Shown here: positions 9,365-18,529 of the stretch, one piece after another
Layout of the letters: every line of letters begins with the position of its first letter
How positions within the stretch are numbered: the first letter of the stretch is position 1
Virus record (IMG/VR): IMGVR_UViG_3300023179_000110
Span: 1-62,139 of that record
Length of the DNA: 62,139 bases
Direction: 5' to 3' (one strand)
From: a virus
Lineage: Duplodnaviria; Caudoviricetes
Position numbers and translations under genes: made by a program
Notes under the pieces: model-generated
The model's database searches: none
Seen by the model: only the letters and a program-made list of their open reading frames with translations
What the model was told of the DNA's origin: nothing

Positions 9365-9436
9365 CTATTGAGGTTCCATCGGCTCAGGCAATTTTCTTGG
9401 GTCAATAATGTCCACTATTTCGTCTTTTTCGGTCAT
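9365..9436 (-). CDS. 23-aa peptide MTEKDEIVDIIDPRKLPEPMEPQ, putative zincin inhibitor
   Basis: Translated by hand; ATGA overlap with the stop of the 9433-10224 zincin. Confidence 0.55.
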   Translation of the reverse strand: MTEKDEIVDIIDPRKLPEPMEPQ

Positions 9437-10224
9437 ACTGGTATTCCTTTGTCTAAATAACCCTGTCTTAAATTATCAGCAACTTCTTTACCTGCCACAT
9501 GCTCCCAAATAAATAATTGATTACGAGCAAATTCAACTCCGTGACCTTCGTATTTATTATCCGCTTTTAACATGGTTGCATAGTGAGCAAGTTCATGAAT
9601 TAAGGTTGATTCATCTTTTGCATAATTTTTGTGAATCAAAATTTCATTAATTTCTTGATAACCTTTACTGCCACTTATTTTTATGCCCCAGCGATGCCTA
9701 CCAGCAAAACTGCCAGACTTTCTTACTGCTATTTTTAACTCAGGAACACGAGAACCATCGCCAAATTCAGCAATAAACCAATCACTGCTGGTAATTTCTT
9801 TGTAAAGATTTTTAATACCTTTTACTGTTCCATCAATGTGTTTTTTACCTAATTCTGAAACTTGTAAATCGTTTGCTGAAGACTGCCAATCGTCAAAATT
9901 TTTACTGTATTGCGTCCACGCCTTTTCGTATGCCTCATAAGAATCAAAATTTTCTCGTTTGGGTGCAACTGGAGGAGTTCCACTATCACGGTCAAATACT
10001 TCAGATTCAGCCTTGTAAATGTCACTTTGATAACGGTCTGAACCCAATTGCAAATCAACTCTGTCCCGAAAAACCAAATTACTACCAGAATCATTGACAG
10101 TTATGTCGTTGTTAGCCCAGTTGCCATGAGTCCTTTGGTCATGTTTGCCAGCAAGATGCTTGAAAACATTATTATTTTCTTCATCTATTAAAAACAAAGA
10201 CATTCTTTCTTTTAATTCACTCAT
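9433..10224 (-). CDS. Tagged SprT-like HExxH metallopeptidase
   Basis: Tag VFKHLAGKHDQRTHGNWA; LIHELAH...HGVEF. Confidence 0.85.
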   Translation of the reverse strand: MSELKERMSLFLIDEENNNVFKHLAGKHDQRTHGNWANNDITVNDSGSNLVFRDRVDLQLGSDRYQSDIYKAESEVFDRDSGTPPVAPKRENFDSYEAYEKAWTQYSKNFDDWQSSANDLQVSELGKKHIDGTVKGIKNLYKEITSSDWFIAEFGDGSRVPELKIAVRKSGSFAGRHRWGIKISGSKGYQEINEILIHKNYAKDESTLIHELAHYATMLKADNKYEGHGVEFARNQLFIWEHVAGKEVADNLRQGYLDKGIPV

Positions 10225-11129
10225 TTAATAAAAACGCCTTCTTCTTCTGTATTAAAATTTTTTGATGCAACAATTAACGGGTCATAAGGCAACTGATTTT
10301 GAATCACTGTTACTTCATAAAAATTATCGTTGATTTTTTCAACTTTTGAAACCGTGTATGTACCAGAAGCAATAACTTCATTGCCGTTTGACACTTCTTC
10401 GCTTTTATTGCTTGTATGTGGAACTAATGGTATTCCACGCAATCCATCAATTTTCATTAAAATGGATGTTTCTGCTGGGTTGCCATAATAATCTTTTGCA
10501 AAAGTTGTTGCCAGTTCTTCATCAGGAGTCCAAGATGCAATTCCTTCTTTAAATGTGGAACCAACCGTTGTTAATTTTTTAACTTGTTCAGAACCCCATT
10601 TACTGAAAGACAAACCTCTGTACATTTTTTCATTTAATGGTTTAGCGGTTGTCAAGGCTAAAAGAATTTGTTTAGTTGAATCAAAAATTTCTTTGTAGTC
10701 AACATCTCTTCTTATTTTGCCATCTTCATCTAATTTTGGATAATAATTGTCTGAAACATTAGTTAATACTCTGTAAGCACTACGAATGTTGTCAACATTG
10801 GCGTATGGGTATTTATTTGTTCCGCCTATCCAAGCATCAGCAAAAGCATTAATCATTGGAATTTGAGAATTATCAGCCCAGTTGCCGTGAGTTGACTGGT
10901 CGTGCTGACCTGCAAGATGTTTTTGAATTTTTTGCGTATCAAGCCAATCTAAAACATCCCCATTGGTCAAAGTAATAATTGAACTCAAAGACACTTTGCG
11001 ACCATCAGCCAATTGAAGCATGGTTTCAGGGGTCAATTCTCCGTCCCAAGACCAAGAACCGCCAAAATCAGGTGCAAGCAACTTAAACATAGTAACCCTT
11101 TTCAATGTGTTCCCCGACAACAACTTCAA
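10221..11129 (-). CDS. PDFGG domain + tag + R-S-E type ADP-ribosyltransferase-like domain (start probably ATG ~11090)
   Basis: MYRGL...IASWT...A..FA...NEVI..G..TV is the VIP2/exotoxin-type ART pattern. Confidence 0.8.
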   Translation of the reverse strand: MKLLSGNTLKRVTMFKLLAPDFGGSWSWDGELTPETMLQLADGRKVSLSSIITLTNGDVLDWLDTQKIQKHLAGQHDQSTHGNWADNSQIPMINAFADAWIGGTNKYPYANVDNIRSAYRVLTNVSDNYYPKLDEDGKIRRDVDYKEIFDSTKQILLALTTAKPLNEKMYRGLSFSKWGSEQVKKLTTVGSTFKEGIASWTPDEELATTFAKDYYGNPAETSILMKIDGLRGIPLVPHTSNKSEEVSNGNEVIASGTYTVSKVEKINDNFYEVTVIQNQLPYDPLIVASKNFNTEEEGVFIK

Positions 11130-14100
11130 TGCCTTTGCCAGCCAACATTTCCTTAGTAGCCTTAGTCAAACTTGTTGATTTTGGAATAACAATTGTGGCA
11201 ACATCATCCAACGATAAACCGCCATGAATTTGAGTTTCAACATAACCGTAAGTAGCAATTTCTCTTAAATCAGCCTTGCCACTGTATCCAGTTATTCCAC
11301 CCCACTCTGGTTTTCCAGTACTAATGCTGTTTTTCCAATTGTAAGTTTTGCCAGAACGATTTGAATTGTTAAAAGTGTTAATTAATAAGCCAAAATGAGT
11401 GTCCCATAAATCATTTACAGAAACTTTGCCATTAGCGTAATCTTCCAGCCAATGAGTTCCATTAAGAAATCCGTCTAAAGAATCGCCAATTGTTGCTGTT
11501 GTTCTATGTTTTACCGAATCTTTAAAAATTACTTGGGCATCGCCATAAGTTGATTCTTTAGAACTGCGTCCTATGACTCCGTAAACGGGACGCTTATCGT
11601 TAGGTGTTTCGCTCGGAATGCCCATAATGTCAAATTCAAATTCATTTCTTCTTTCCATGTATTTTTGCCTAGTAGCCCCTTTTCCAGACAAAGTGGTTTC
11701 ACTAGCAGTTCGATAATGGTCTTCAGTTATGAATTTTTTTAATTTACCTGTACTCATGGTTAAAGAAACATCATTATTATTTGCAATTTCTTGCATTTGG
11801 TCTAACAAACTTTGAGCCACGCCATCTATGACTTCGCCAACAGTTTGCCCACTTGGAAATTTAATTTGACGAATTTTATTTTGAACAAATTTATTTTCCG
11901 CAACAAGATAAGCCCGTGCTGATTGAAAATCTTGTTCAGCCCAAACATTTATGGCTTTTCTTCTCAACTCATCAATGTTTGAATCAGAAAATTCTTTGTT
12001 TTGTTCAATAATTTGTTTTGCCCACCAAGTATTTGCAATAGCCGTATCCATAAATTTTTTAGGGATTTGAGGATAATTTGGGTCGTTAAAAATGGTTTTT
12101 GTCAATTTTTTTATTGCGTCTAAACCCGAAAAATTTTCGGAACTTTTGGATGAATTTTTTAATGCTAAAACCGCATAATAAAATTCTGCTGTGGAAACAG
12201 GTGTTCCAACCCAACTTGTAGAATCTGTTTGCAAAATTCTTGCAATAGGTCCGAAACTGTTAGCAACATCTTCTTCATAAGACATAGCAGGAATTGAAGA
12301 AAAACTTTTTTTTCGCCCTGAAAAATCTAACTCATAAGGTCTGTCGGTTGAATGACCGTGTGCCCAGTTGCCATGACTGGACTGGTCGTGTTGTCCTGCA
12401 AAATGTTTAAAAAAAAACGAATTTACTGGAACCTTGACAATTACTGAGGTTTTGGCAACTTCTTGTAAATCTGTTCCGCCCAAGTCATAATTTCCTCGTC
12501 CGTCATCTCGTTTAACGGCTTCGGCGACTGAGCGATGTTGATTATTTCTTTTTTCGACTGTTCCACCAGTACCTCCTGTTTGAATCTCATCAAAGTTGAC
12601 GACATCCCAAATACTGATTTGGTTACGCCTTCTACCTAACGAAATTGCTTGTTTCTTGTCAACGATTTTGTCCGTAACATCCAAATGAACTCGTTGCTGG
12701 TCTTTTGGTATTTCTACCGTAACACCATTAACCGTTTTGGTTGTTTCGTGCCAAACACCGAGATAAGCACGACCAGAACCTAATTCTGCTTTGTTCTTAA
12801 CCAAGAACGCACCCAGAATTTTGGCTCCTTTATCCTCATTAAAGAAGTCTGATGCCATTACAACGGTGCCGAACTTGTCACTGTTTCGAGATACCATGTA
12901 GCCATCTGGGGGCAGTGAGCCGTCCGTTAACTTGATTGATAAACCACCATTTTCGGCTACTTGACTCAAAACATCATGAACAACTTCTGGTGCAACATGG
13001 CTGTTGAACCTGCGTCCGTGAGTTGATTGGTCGTGTTGACCTTGAAGGTGTTTCTCAACCTCGGTTGATTTAATCTTAGCCCGTAATACCGCAATGTCAA
13101 ATGCCAACATTTTCTTCATGTTTTCTTTATTTGACTCACCAAGAGCAATTGGCTTAATTCCAACGGTTTTATTCCAAGCCAAAACAACTTTAATTAATTC
13201 GTCATGAGGCAAATCAACTTTTAAAGCCTTCATTTTCACATTTTTATGTTTTGGTTTTAAACCAAGAAACAAAGCGGCCGCCCAGCGATGGTGTCCGTCA
13301 ATCACATAATCATCTTTAGAAATAGTAATTGGAGTATCACCAACTCCATCTTTTTCCATTGACCGCATAATTTTTCCAGATTTAGAAGCAGAAATTTCAG
13401 CCTGAATTGGGTGTAGTCCAAAGGGAGCAACATCAACCATTTCAACTTTAACTCCACGGTCTTGCATAGCCTTAATAAAATCATTTTGAGTTCCAGCAGG
13501 AATTTGAGGCATTTTGTCACGCATAATTCCAAGATTGTCCCTTGTGAAATACTGCGTTCCTAAAATTTCCAAATTAGTTAAATCGGGATTATCTTTGCGG
13601 TCAGCCATTGCATCCAACCATGCTGGAGCGTCAATTGGGCTAACAATACCTTCTTCGCCAGCAACTACTTTGTCGTAAGCGGTTTGAACTGGATGTGGAT
13701 ACGGATTGCCTTCGGCAGTGTTTTTACGGTCAACAGCATGTCCGTGATGTCCAGCCCAGTTGCCATGCGTGGCTTGGTCGTGCTGACCTGATAAATGTTT
13801 TTGAACTGCTTGCGGATAGTAAGACCATTCGTACAAAGAATTGCCATCAGTGTAAATTTCATTAGCGTGAACTGTGGTGTGCAAAATGTCGTAATCACCA
13901 AAACGAGCAGTCACACTACTTTCGCCATGTAATTTGGCGTATTCTTCGGAAATAGTAACCCAATCACCAGCATTAACTTTAGTAACGCCTTTGGGTACAG
14001 CACGATAAATGGTCACATGAGCATCGGGTTTATTACGAATACTTACAAGCAAATCATGGATTTTTTTATCTTCAGCCCTATTACTGCCACCGTGCCCATA

Positions 14101-14361
14101 AATTCTGGCACCATCAGAATCATAAACATCTTTTGGGTAAATGTTTCCATTGCCAGTTAAATCGTATGCAGGGGCACCATCTTCGGGTTCTGGAGGACGG
14201 TGACTCATTTGATAATCAGTTTCATTGTTGGCACCGCCATGTGCCCAATCGCCGTGTGAACTCTGGTCGTGTTGTCCTGCAAGATGTTTTTCAACTTTCA
14301 CACCATGTTTAACACCCAAATCGGGGTAAACCACATCAAAAGTCACATCATCTAAAATCAT
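11083..14361 (-). CDS. Tagged polyprotein with four cargo domains: ART-like, ParB/Srx-like, putative SAM-lyase-like, DUF3626-like
   Basis: Four tags; VTIYRAVP..GDWVT..YA..HG..EW; IDGHHRWAA; GYMVS..LGVW..LDVT..NQISIWD; RPVYG..YGD..RTT...DSL..YVETQIHGG. Confidence 0.85.
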   Translation of the reverse strand: MILDDVTFDVVYPDLGVKHGVKVEKHLAGQHDQSSHGDWAHGGANNETDYQMSHRPPEPEDGAPAYDLTGNGNIYPKDVYDSDGARIYGHGGSNRAEDKKIHDLLVSIRNKPDAHVTIYRAVPKGVTKVNAGDWVTISEEYAKLHGESSVTARFGDYDILHTTVHANEIYTDGNSLYEWSYYPQAVQKHLSGQHDQATHGNWAGHHGHAVDRKNTAEGNPYPHPVQTAYDKVVAGEEGIVSPIDAPAWLDAMADRKDNPDLTNLEILGTQYFTRDNLGIMRDKMPQIPAGTQNDFIKAMQDRGVKVEMVDVAPFGLHPIQAEISASKSGKIMRSMEKDGVGDTPITISKDDYVIDGHHRWAAALFLGLKPKHKNVKMKALKVDLPHDELIKVVLAWNKTVGIKPIALGESNKENMKKMLAFDIAVLRAKIKSTEVEKHLQGQHDQSTHGRRFNSHVAPEVVHDVLSQVAENGGLSIKLTDGSLPPDGYMVSRNSDKFGTVVMASDFFNEDKGAKILGAFLVKNKAELGSGRAYLGVWHETTKTVNGVTVEIPKDQQRVHLDVTDKIVDKKQAISLGRRRNQISIWDVVNFDEIQTGGTGGTVEKRNNQHRSVAEAVKRDDGRGNYDLGGTDLQEVAKTSVIVKVPVNSFFFKHFAGQHDQSSHGNWAHGHSTDRPYELDFSGRKKSFSSIPAMSYEEDVANSFGPIARILQTDSTSWVGTPVSTAEFYYAVLALKNSSKSSENFSGLDAIKKLTKTIFNDPNYPQIPKKFMDTAIANTWWAKQIIEQNKEFSDSNIDELRRKAINVWAEQDFQSARAYLVAENKFVQNKIRQIKFPSGQTVGEVIDGVAQSLLDQMQEIANNNDVSLTMSTGKLKKFITEDHYRTASETTLSGKGATRQKYMERRNEFEFDIMGIPSETPNDKRPVYGVIGRSSKESTYGDAQVIFKDSVKHRTTATIGDSLDGFLNGTHWLEDYANGKVSVNDLWDTHFGLLINTFNNSNRSGKTYNWKNSISTGKPEWGGITGYSGKADLREIATYGYVETQIHGGLSLDDVATIVIPKSTSLTKATKEMLAGKGIEVVVGEHIEKGYYV

Positions 14362-15059
14362 GAAAACACCCCATTGCCACTTGTGTCATAAGTAAAGAAA
14401 TCCAAAACATTAGCCTGTTTTTCTAACCCTTCATTGCGTAAAAGGTATTTCCAAGTGTCCAAAAATGGCAAATTATGACCGCCGTGACCAGCCTCACCTT
14501 TAATCCAGTTTCCTTCCAAAATGTGCGAAATTTCATGTAACAAAACAAATTGGCTAACACCTGAAGGTTTGTAAATTAATACGGGAATGTTTGCACCATG
14601 CAACGGATGACCTTCTGGGACATCTCCACGGGTAATTCCAGCCTCAATACCGTCAACTAAGTATTGGTCGTTTTCGTCAGGATACGGTTTCCAAACCCTG
14701 TTACCGTAACCGTATTTGGCAAATACTTCATCAACATAAGCCACAAGTTCTTTTGCATCAGTGAAAATTTTTCCTTGCCCAACTGCTTGCAAAGGTGCTG
14801 AATCCAAAGACAACCCTGCACCAAATTCAATGTTTTTATCGTCAGGGGCATCAGTTGGGACAACATCGCTCCAGTCTTTACTGTCTTTCCAAGGTATTGC
14901 TACACCAGTCAAATTATTTGGCTTATGGATAACACCACCATTTTTAGCCCAATTTCCGTGCGAACTCTGGTCGTGCTGTCCCTCTAAATGCTTGATTAAA
15001 ACAGCATCAGAAGATTCAACCACCCCAATGAACTTGGCGAGCCGTGCAATGCGTGACAC
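14358..15059 (-). CDS. Tagged SprT-like HExxH metallopeptidase
   Basis: GTG 15059 follows GGAGG; tag LIKHLEGQHDQSSHGNWA; LLHEISH...GHNLPF. Confidence 0.8.
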   Translation of the reverse strand: MSRIARLAKFIGVVESSDAVLIKHLEGQHDQSSHGNWAKNGGVIHKPNNLTGVAIPWKDSKDWSDVVPTDAPDDKNIEFGAGLSLDSAPLQAVGQGKIFTDAKELVAYVDEVFAKYGYGNRVWKPYPDENDQYLVDGIEAGITRGDVPEGHPLHGANIPVLIYKPSGVSQFVLLHEISHILEGNWIKGEAGHGGHNLPFLDTWKYLLRNEGLEKQANVLDFFTYDTSGNGVFS

Positions 15060-15128
15060 AAAACCTCCTGAAATACTAAACAAGAATACCTCAGAAGCAT
15101 TACCTCAAAAGGTCAACTCGCTTTAGAA

Positions 15129-15314
15129 CTAAACAGTATTTTCATTCCCTTGATTGAGCCACCATTCAAGAGCATCACCATTGGTGCGACTAATTATGTG
15201 ACTAAATAAAGTTTCTGACCCATCAGCAACAATAATTTTAGTTTCAGGAGTCAACTCACCGTCCCAAGACCAAGAACCGCCAAAATCAGGGCAAATAACT
15301 TTATGTTGGCTCAT
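15129..15314 (-). CDS. 61-aa PDFGG protein, putative partner/immunity of the upstream DUF3626-like domain
   Basis: PDFGGSWSWDGELTPET...DG...II..TNGD.L.W, nearly identical to the N-domain of 10221-11129. Confidence 0.8.
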   Translation of the reverse strand: MSQHKVICPDFGGSWSWDGELTPETKIIVADGSETLFSHIISRTNGDALEWWLNQGNENTV

Positions 15315-16843
15315 CCTTCTAACCCGTAACTTTCATAATCGGTTTTTTCAATTTGACTAATGTTAGGTTCAATAATTATTTTAATTCCTTGTTTTGTTAA
15401 CTTATTTTGCAATGCTTTAGGAATCGCCGTTTCGCTAGTAATAATAACTTCAGCAATGTCAGATGCTTTAACACCACCATGAACTTGTGCTTCCACATAA
15501 TTGTACATAGTGCTTTGTTTAAAATCATTTTTAGAACCAGTAATAAATTGGTTAACATCAAGATTTGAATTTGGATTATCATTTTTGACAGAAGTAAAAT
15601 TCAATTCATAATTTCTGTCATAAATTGACCTAGTGGTCATTTCGCCAGAATAATGCCAAAAAGTTTCAGGTGAAATTTTGCCGTCCCTGACTTCGGAAGC
15701 CAAAAAACCACCTTTTGCATTGCCATCTAAAGAATCATCAACAGTTAAAGTGGTTCTACTTTTAACTTCATCTTTTAAAACAATACGAACATCGCCATAA
15801 TTAACAGTATTTGCATTTGCCAAATAGCCGTAAACAGGTCGTTGCTCATTTGGAATGTCTTCTGGAACTCCCATAAGCGTTTCAGCCCGTTTACGAACTG
15901 CAATGTAATCATTTCTTGTACTGCCTTTGCCTACAGATGTAACTTCATAAACTGTTTTAAATCTTCCATCATCTATTAAACGCTTTAATCGTGAAGCAGA
16001 TGTTTGAATTGTAATTGGTTGTTCTGTAGCCATTTTTTTCAATTTACTCAATTGAGATTTAGCCAACCCGTCCATAATTTCTTTAATGGTTTCACCCGAT
16101 TGCATTTTAATTTCGCCAAGTTTTTTAATAACAAAAGCATTTTCTTTTAAAGCATACTGTCGAAATTCTTCCGCAGAAACAACTTTATTTAAATTATGAA
16201 ATTCTAATTCTTGTTCACCGTACATACCGCCTTTAGGCATTGGTGGGTCAACTAAACCTTCATCACGAGTAGCCCATCTGTACTGGATACTATTTCGCCA
16301 TTCTTCAAGTTGCCATTTTTGCCATCTTTCTTCCCATTCTTTAGGCATAGCAGGATAATCAGGGTCAGATTTTATTTTTTCTAAAACCCTATTTTTGTAA
16401 TTTCCCCAATCTCTCCATTTTCCTTCTTCAAGGTAAGTCGCCTCTTCGCCTGTCTGTTGTGCGTAGCGACTATTAGCCAAAGTAAGCATTGAAGCAAAAT
16501 AACCATCATAAGTTCTTTTATTTAAATCTAAAGGTATGGCATGAATGTTTGGGTCGCTTATTTGAAAATAATCATACAAATCTCTGGTAATGCCACCGAA
16601 GGAATAAATTTTGTCATCGTATCTACCTAGTAAAGTTCCTTTATGATAAGCCAAAATCGGTTTAAGTTCATACGGCATTTCGCCATGTGCCCAGTTACCG
16701 TGGGAACTTTGGTCATGCTGACCTGCCAGATGCTTGACCAAACTTAAAGGAGGAACAACAAAAATTGTTTTAGCCACAGGTTTATCTAAGCCAAAAGTAC
16801 AACCAATTTTTTGACCCGAAAACATTGGAGGACTTTGCAACAT
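15311..16843 (-). CDS. Tagged DUF3626-like (putative ART-fold) protein
   Basis: Tag; RFKTVYE...RPVYGYL..YGDVRIVLKDEVKSRTTLTVDDSL...YVEAQVHGG. Confidence 0.85.
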   Translation of the reverse strand: MLQSPPMFSGQKIGCTFGLDKPVAKTIFVVPPLSLVKHLAGQHDQSSHGNWAHGEMPYELKPILAYHKGTLLGRYDDKIYSFGGITRDLYDYFQISDPNIHAIPLDLNKRTYDGYFASMLTLANSRYAQQTGEEATYLEEGKWRDWGNYKNRVLEKIKSDPDYPAMPKEWEERWQKWQLEEWRNSIQYRWATRDEGLVDPPMPKGGMYGEQELEFHNLNKVVSAEEFRQYALKENAFVIKKLGEIKMQSGETIKEIMDGLAKSQLSKLKKMATEQPITIQTSASRLKRLIDDGRFKTVYEVTSVGKGSTRNDYIAVRKRAETLMGVPEDIPNEQRPVYGYLANANTVNYGDVRIVLKDEVKSRTTLTVDDSLDGNAKGGFLASEVRDGKISPETFWHYSGEMTTRSIYDRNYELNFTSVKNDNPNSNLDVNQFITGSKNDFKQSTMYNYVEAQVHGGVKASDIAEVIITSETAIPKALQNKLTKQGIKIIIEPNISQIEKTDYESYGLEG

Positions 16844-16849
16844 ACTAAA

Positions 16850-18529
16850 TCACTTCTTCCATTTGTACTGCATACCCCATTTATCTTCTTTAGCCAAAGC
16901 CTGAACAATAGGAATTTCAGACTTACCATCAGTCATAAACCATTCAGCAAACGCTTCAGCATAACCCTCGCCAGTATTGCTTCTACCATACGGACTTAAC
17001 TGATTTTCATGAGCCATTAACATTAAACCTGTAGTTTGTTCGTTTTTGTAACCGCTTCCAGCCATTGTTCCATTGCCACCTTTATGGAAAAGGGCATCGT
17101 AATTAGTTGCATGACCCCATTCATGAGCCAAAAAGTATTCCATAGCAAAAAATTGTTTGGCATTGGCTGAAGGCATCCAACTCTGACGAGCCGTATCTTC
17201 ATCAGCGTAATGATTCATGTCTTCAGGACGAACAGCAATAATAACTTTGTGAATTGCAGGTTTTACTAATTCACGAACAGTTCTAAGTTGTTTTTCATCA
17301 AATACCGTTTTCATTGTTTCTGGTTGAGATAAATTAACAGTCCAACCTCGTTGCATTTCGGAATCGTAATCAAAATCATTACTTACAACAATTTTTACTT
17401 CAGACATTGGTGACAACGGTGCAATTGTTTGCAAATCATGAACTAAAGCCAACACATCTCGTTTTTGGTCTTCAGTAATGTTGTCCCTGTTGTCAAAAAA
17501 AGTTGCAAAACTAGAACCGTTAATTTTCGATTCATGAACATCAGCGTTTTCAAGTACAAGGTCATTTACGCCAAAAGCATGCCTAAAATTAGTTTTTGTT
17601 TTAGCCCAATTGCCGTGGGTAGATTGGTCATGCTGACCTGCAAGATGTTTACTTACATCAGGCAACTCAATAAAAGAAGGGGGTGGTGTTTTACTAAAAG
17701 TATCAGCAATTAAAATACTTGAACCCATAGTTTTAACTAAATTAAAAACACCAGTATCCCAACCATACTTTGAAGCCATTTCTTGAACATGAGGCAAAGA
17801 GGTTTGTCCAGCCGAAAAAAACCATTCCGCAAAAGCCTCAGCATAAGACTCCATTGTGTTTTCCATCCCATAAGTAGTTTGTCCTTCTTTTTTCCATTTC
17901 CATTCTGATTTGCTTTGAGCAAGATAATTTTTGTATTCATCATGAGCCAACTGGTCATCAACGAGTTGGCTTTGTGTTCTTTTATCAAGAGCGTGACCCC
18001 ATTCGTGGGCTAAAACAGACATGATGTAATTTGCTTTTGAATCTGCACGGGCAGGGTCGCCTCCCCATAAATTATGTTCTTCCTGTATTGCTGTTTCCAT
18101 ACTAAGAACTATTTCGCCTTTACCCAAAGTACAAAAACCTACAACACCAGACAAATGACCTTTGGCTTTGTAGTCTTCCATTTTGCTGTCATCAAATTCA
18201 ACACGCATTCCTTCAATTGGAAAATGCGTTTGCAATTCGGCAATAGTTTGATAAATAAGTTTTTTTGTATCATCACTTATTGTTCCATTTACTTCTTCAA
18301 AACCAACAAAAACTCTAGGAAATTCACCAGAAACGATAACATCGTGAGCAATGCCCACCAGTGTTTCATCAGTTATGTCTTGTACTGTGTATTTTGCTTC
18401 GCCATGTGCCCAGTTTCCGTGCGAACTCTGGTCATGCTGTCCAGCAAGATGTTTATTTACAGATAAAGAACGCAACCAAAAAGCATTAGCACCAGCATCA
18501 ATGTCAATTATCAACTTAACCACCACCAA
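16850..18529 (-). CDS. Tagged polyprotein with two lethal-factor-like HEWGH metallopeptidase domains
   Basis: Two tags; LAHEWGH ... YG..N..E.YAEAFAEW occurs twice. Confidence 0.88.
   Translation of the reverse strand: MVVVKLIIDIDAGANAFWLRSLSVNKHLAGQHDQSSHGNWAHGEAKYTVQDITDETLVGIAHDVIVSGEFPRVFVGFEEVNGTISDDTKKLIYQTIAELQTHFPIEGMRVEFDDSKMEDYKAKGHLSGVVGFCTLGKGEIVLSMETAIQEEHNLWGGDPARADSKANYIMSVLAHEWGHALDKRTQSQLVDDQLAHDEYKNYLAQSKSEWKWKKEGQTTYGMENTMESYAEAFAEWFFSAGQTSLPHVQEMASKYGWDTGVFNLVKTMGSSILIADTFSKTPPPSFIELPDVSKHLAGQHDQSTHGNWAKTKTNFRHAFGVNDLVLENADVHESKINGSSFATFFDNRDNITEDQKRDVLALVHDLQTIAPLSPMSEVKIVVSNDFDYDSEMQRGWTVNLSQPETMKTVFDEKQLRTVRELVKPAIHKVIIAVRPEDMNHYADEDTARQSWMPSANAKQFFAMEYFLAHEWGHATNYDALFHKGGNGTMAGSGYKNEQTTGLMLMAHENQLSPYGRSNTGEGYAEAFAEWFMTDGKSEIPIVQALAKEDKWGMQYKWKK

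Noticed and set aside
12409-12417. 9-nt A/T homopolymer before a tag as a phase-variation switch
   Set aside because: Frame is intact, and such runs are not exceptional in this AT-rich region; no evidence without reads.
11041-15290. Duplicated DNA as a diversity-generating retroelement TR/VR pair
   Set aside because: No reverse transcriptase seen; differences are not adenine-specific.
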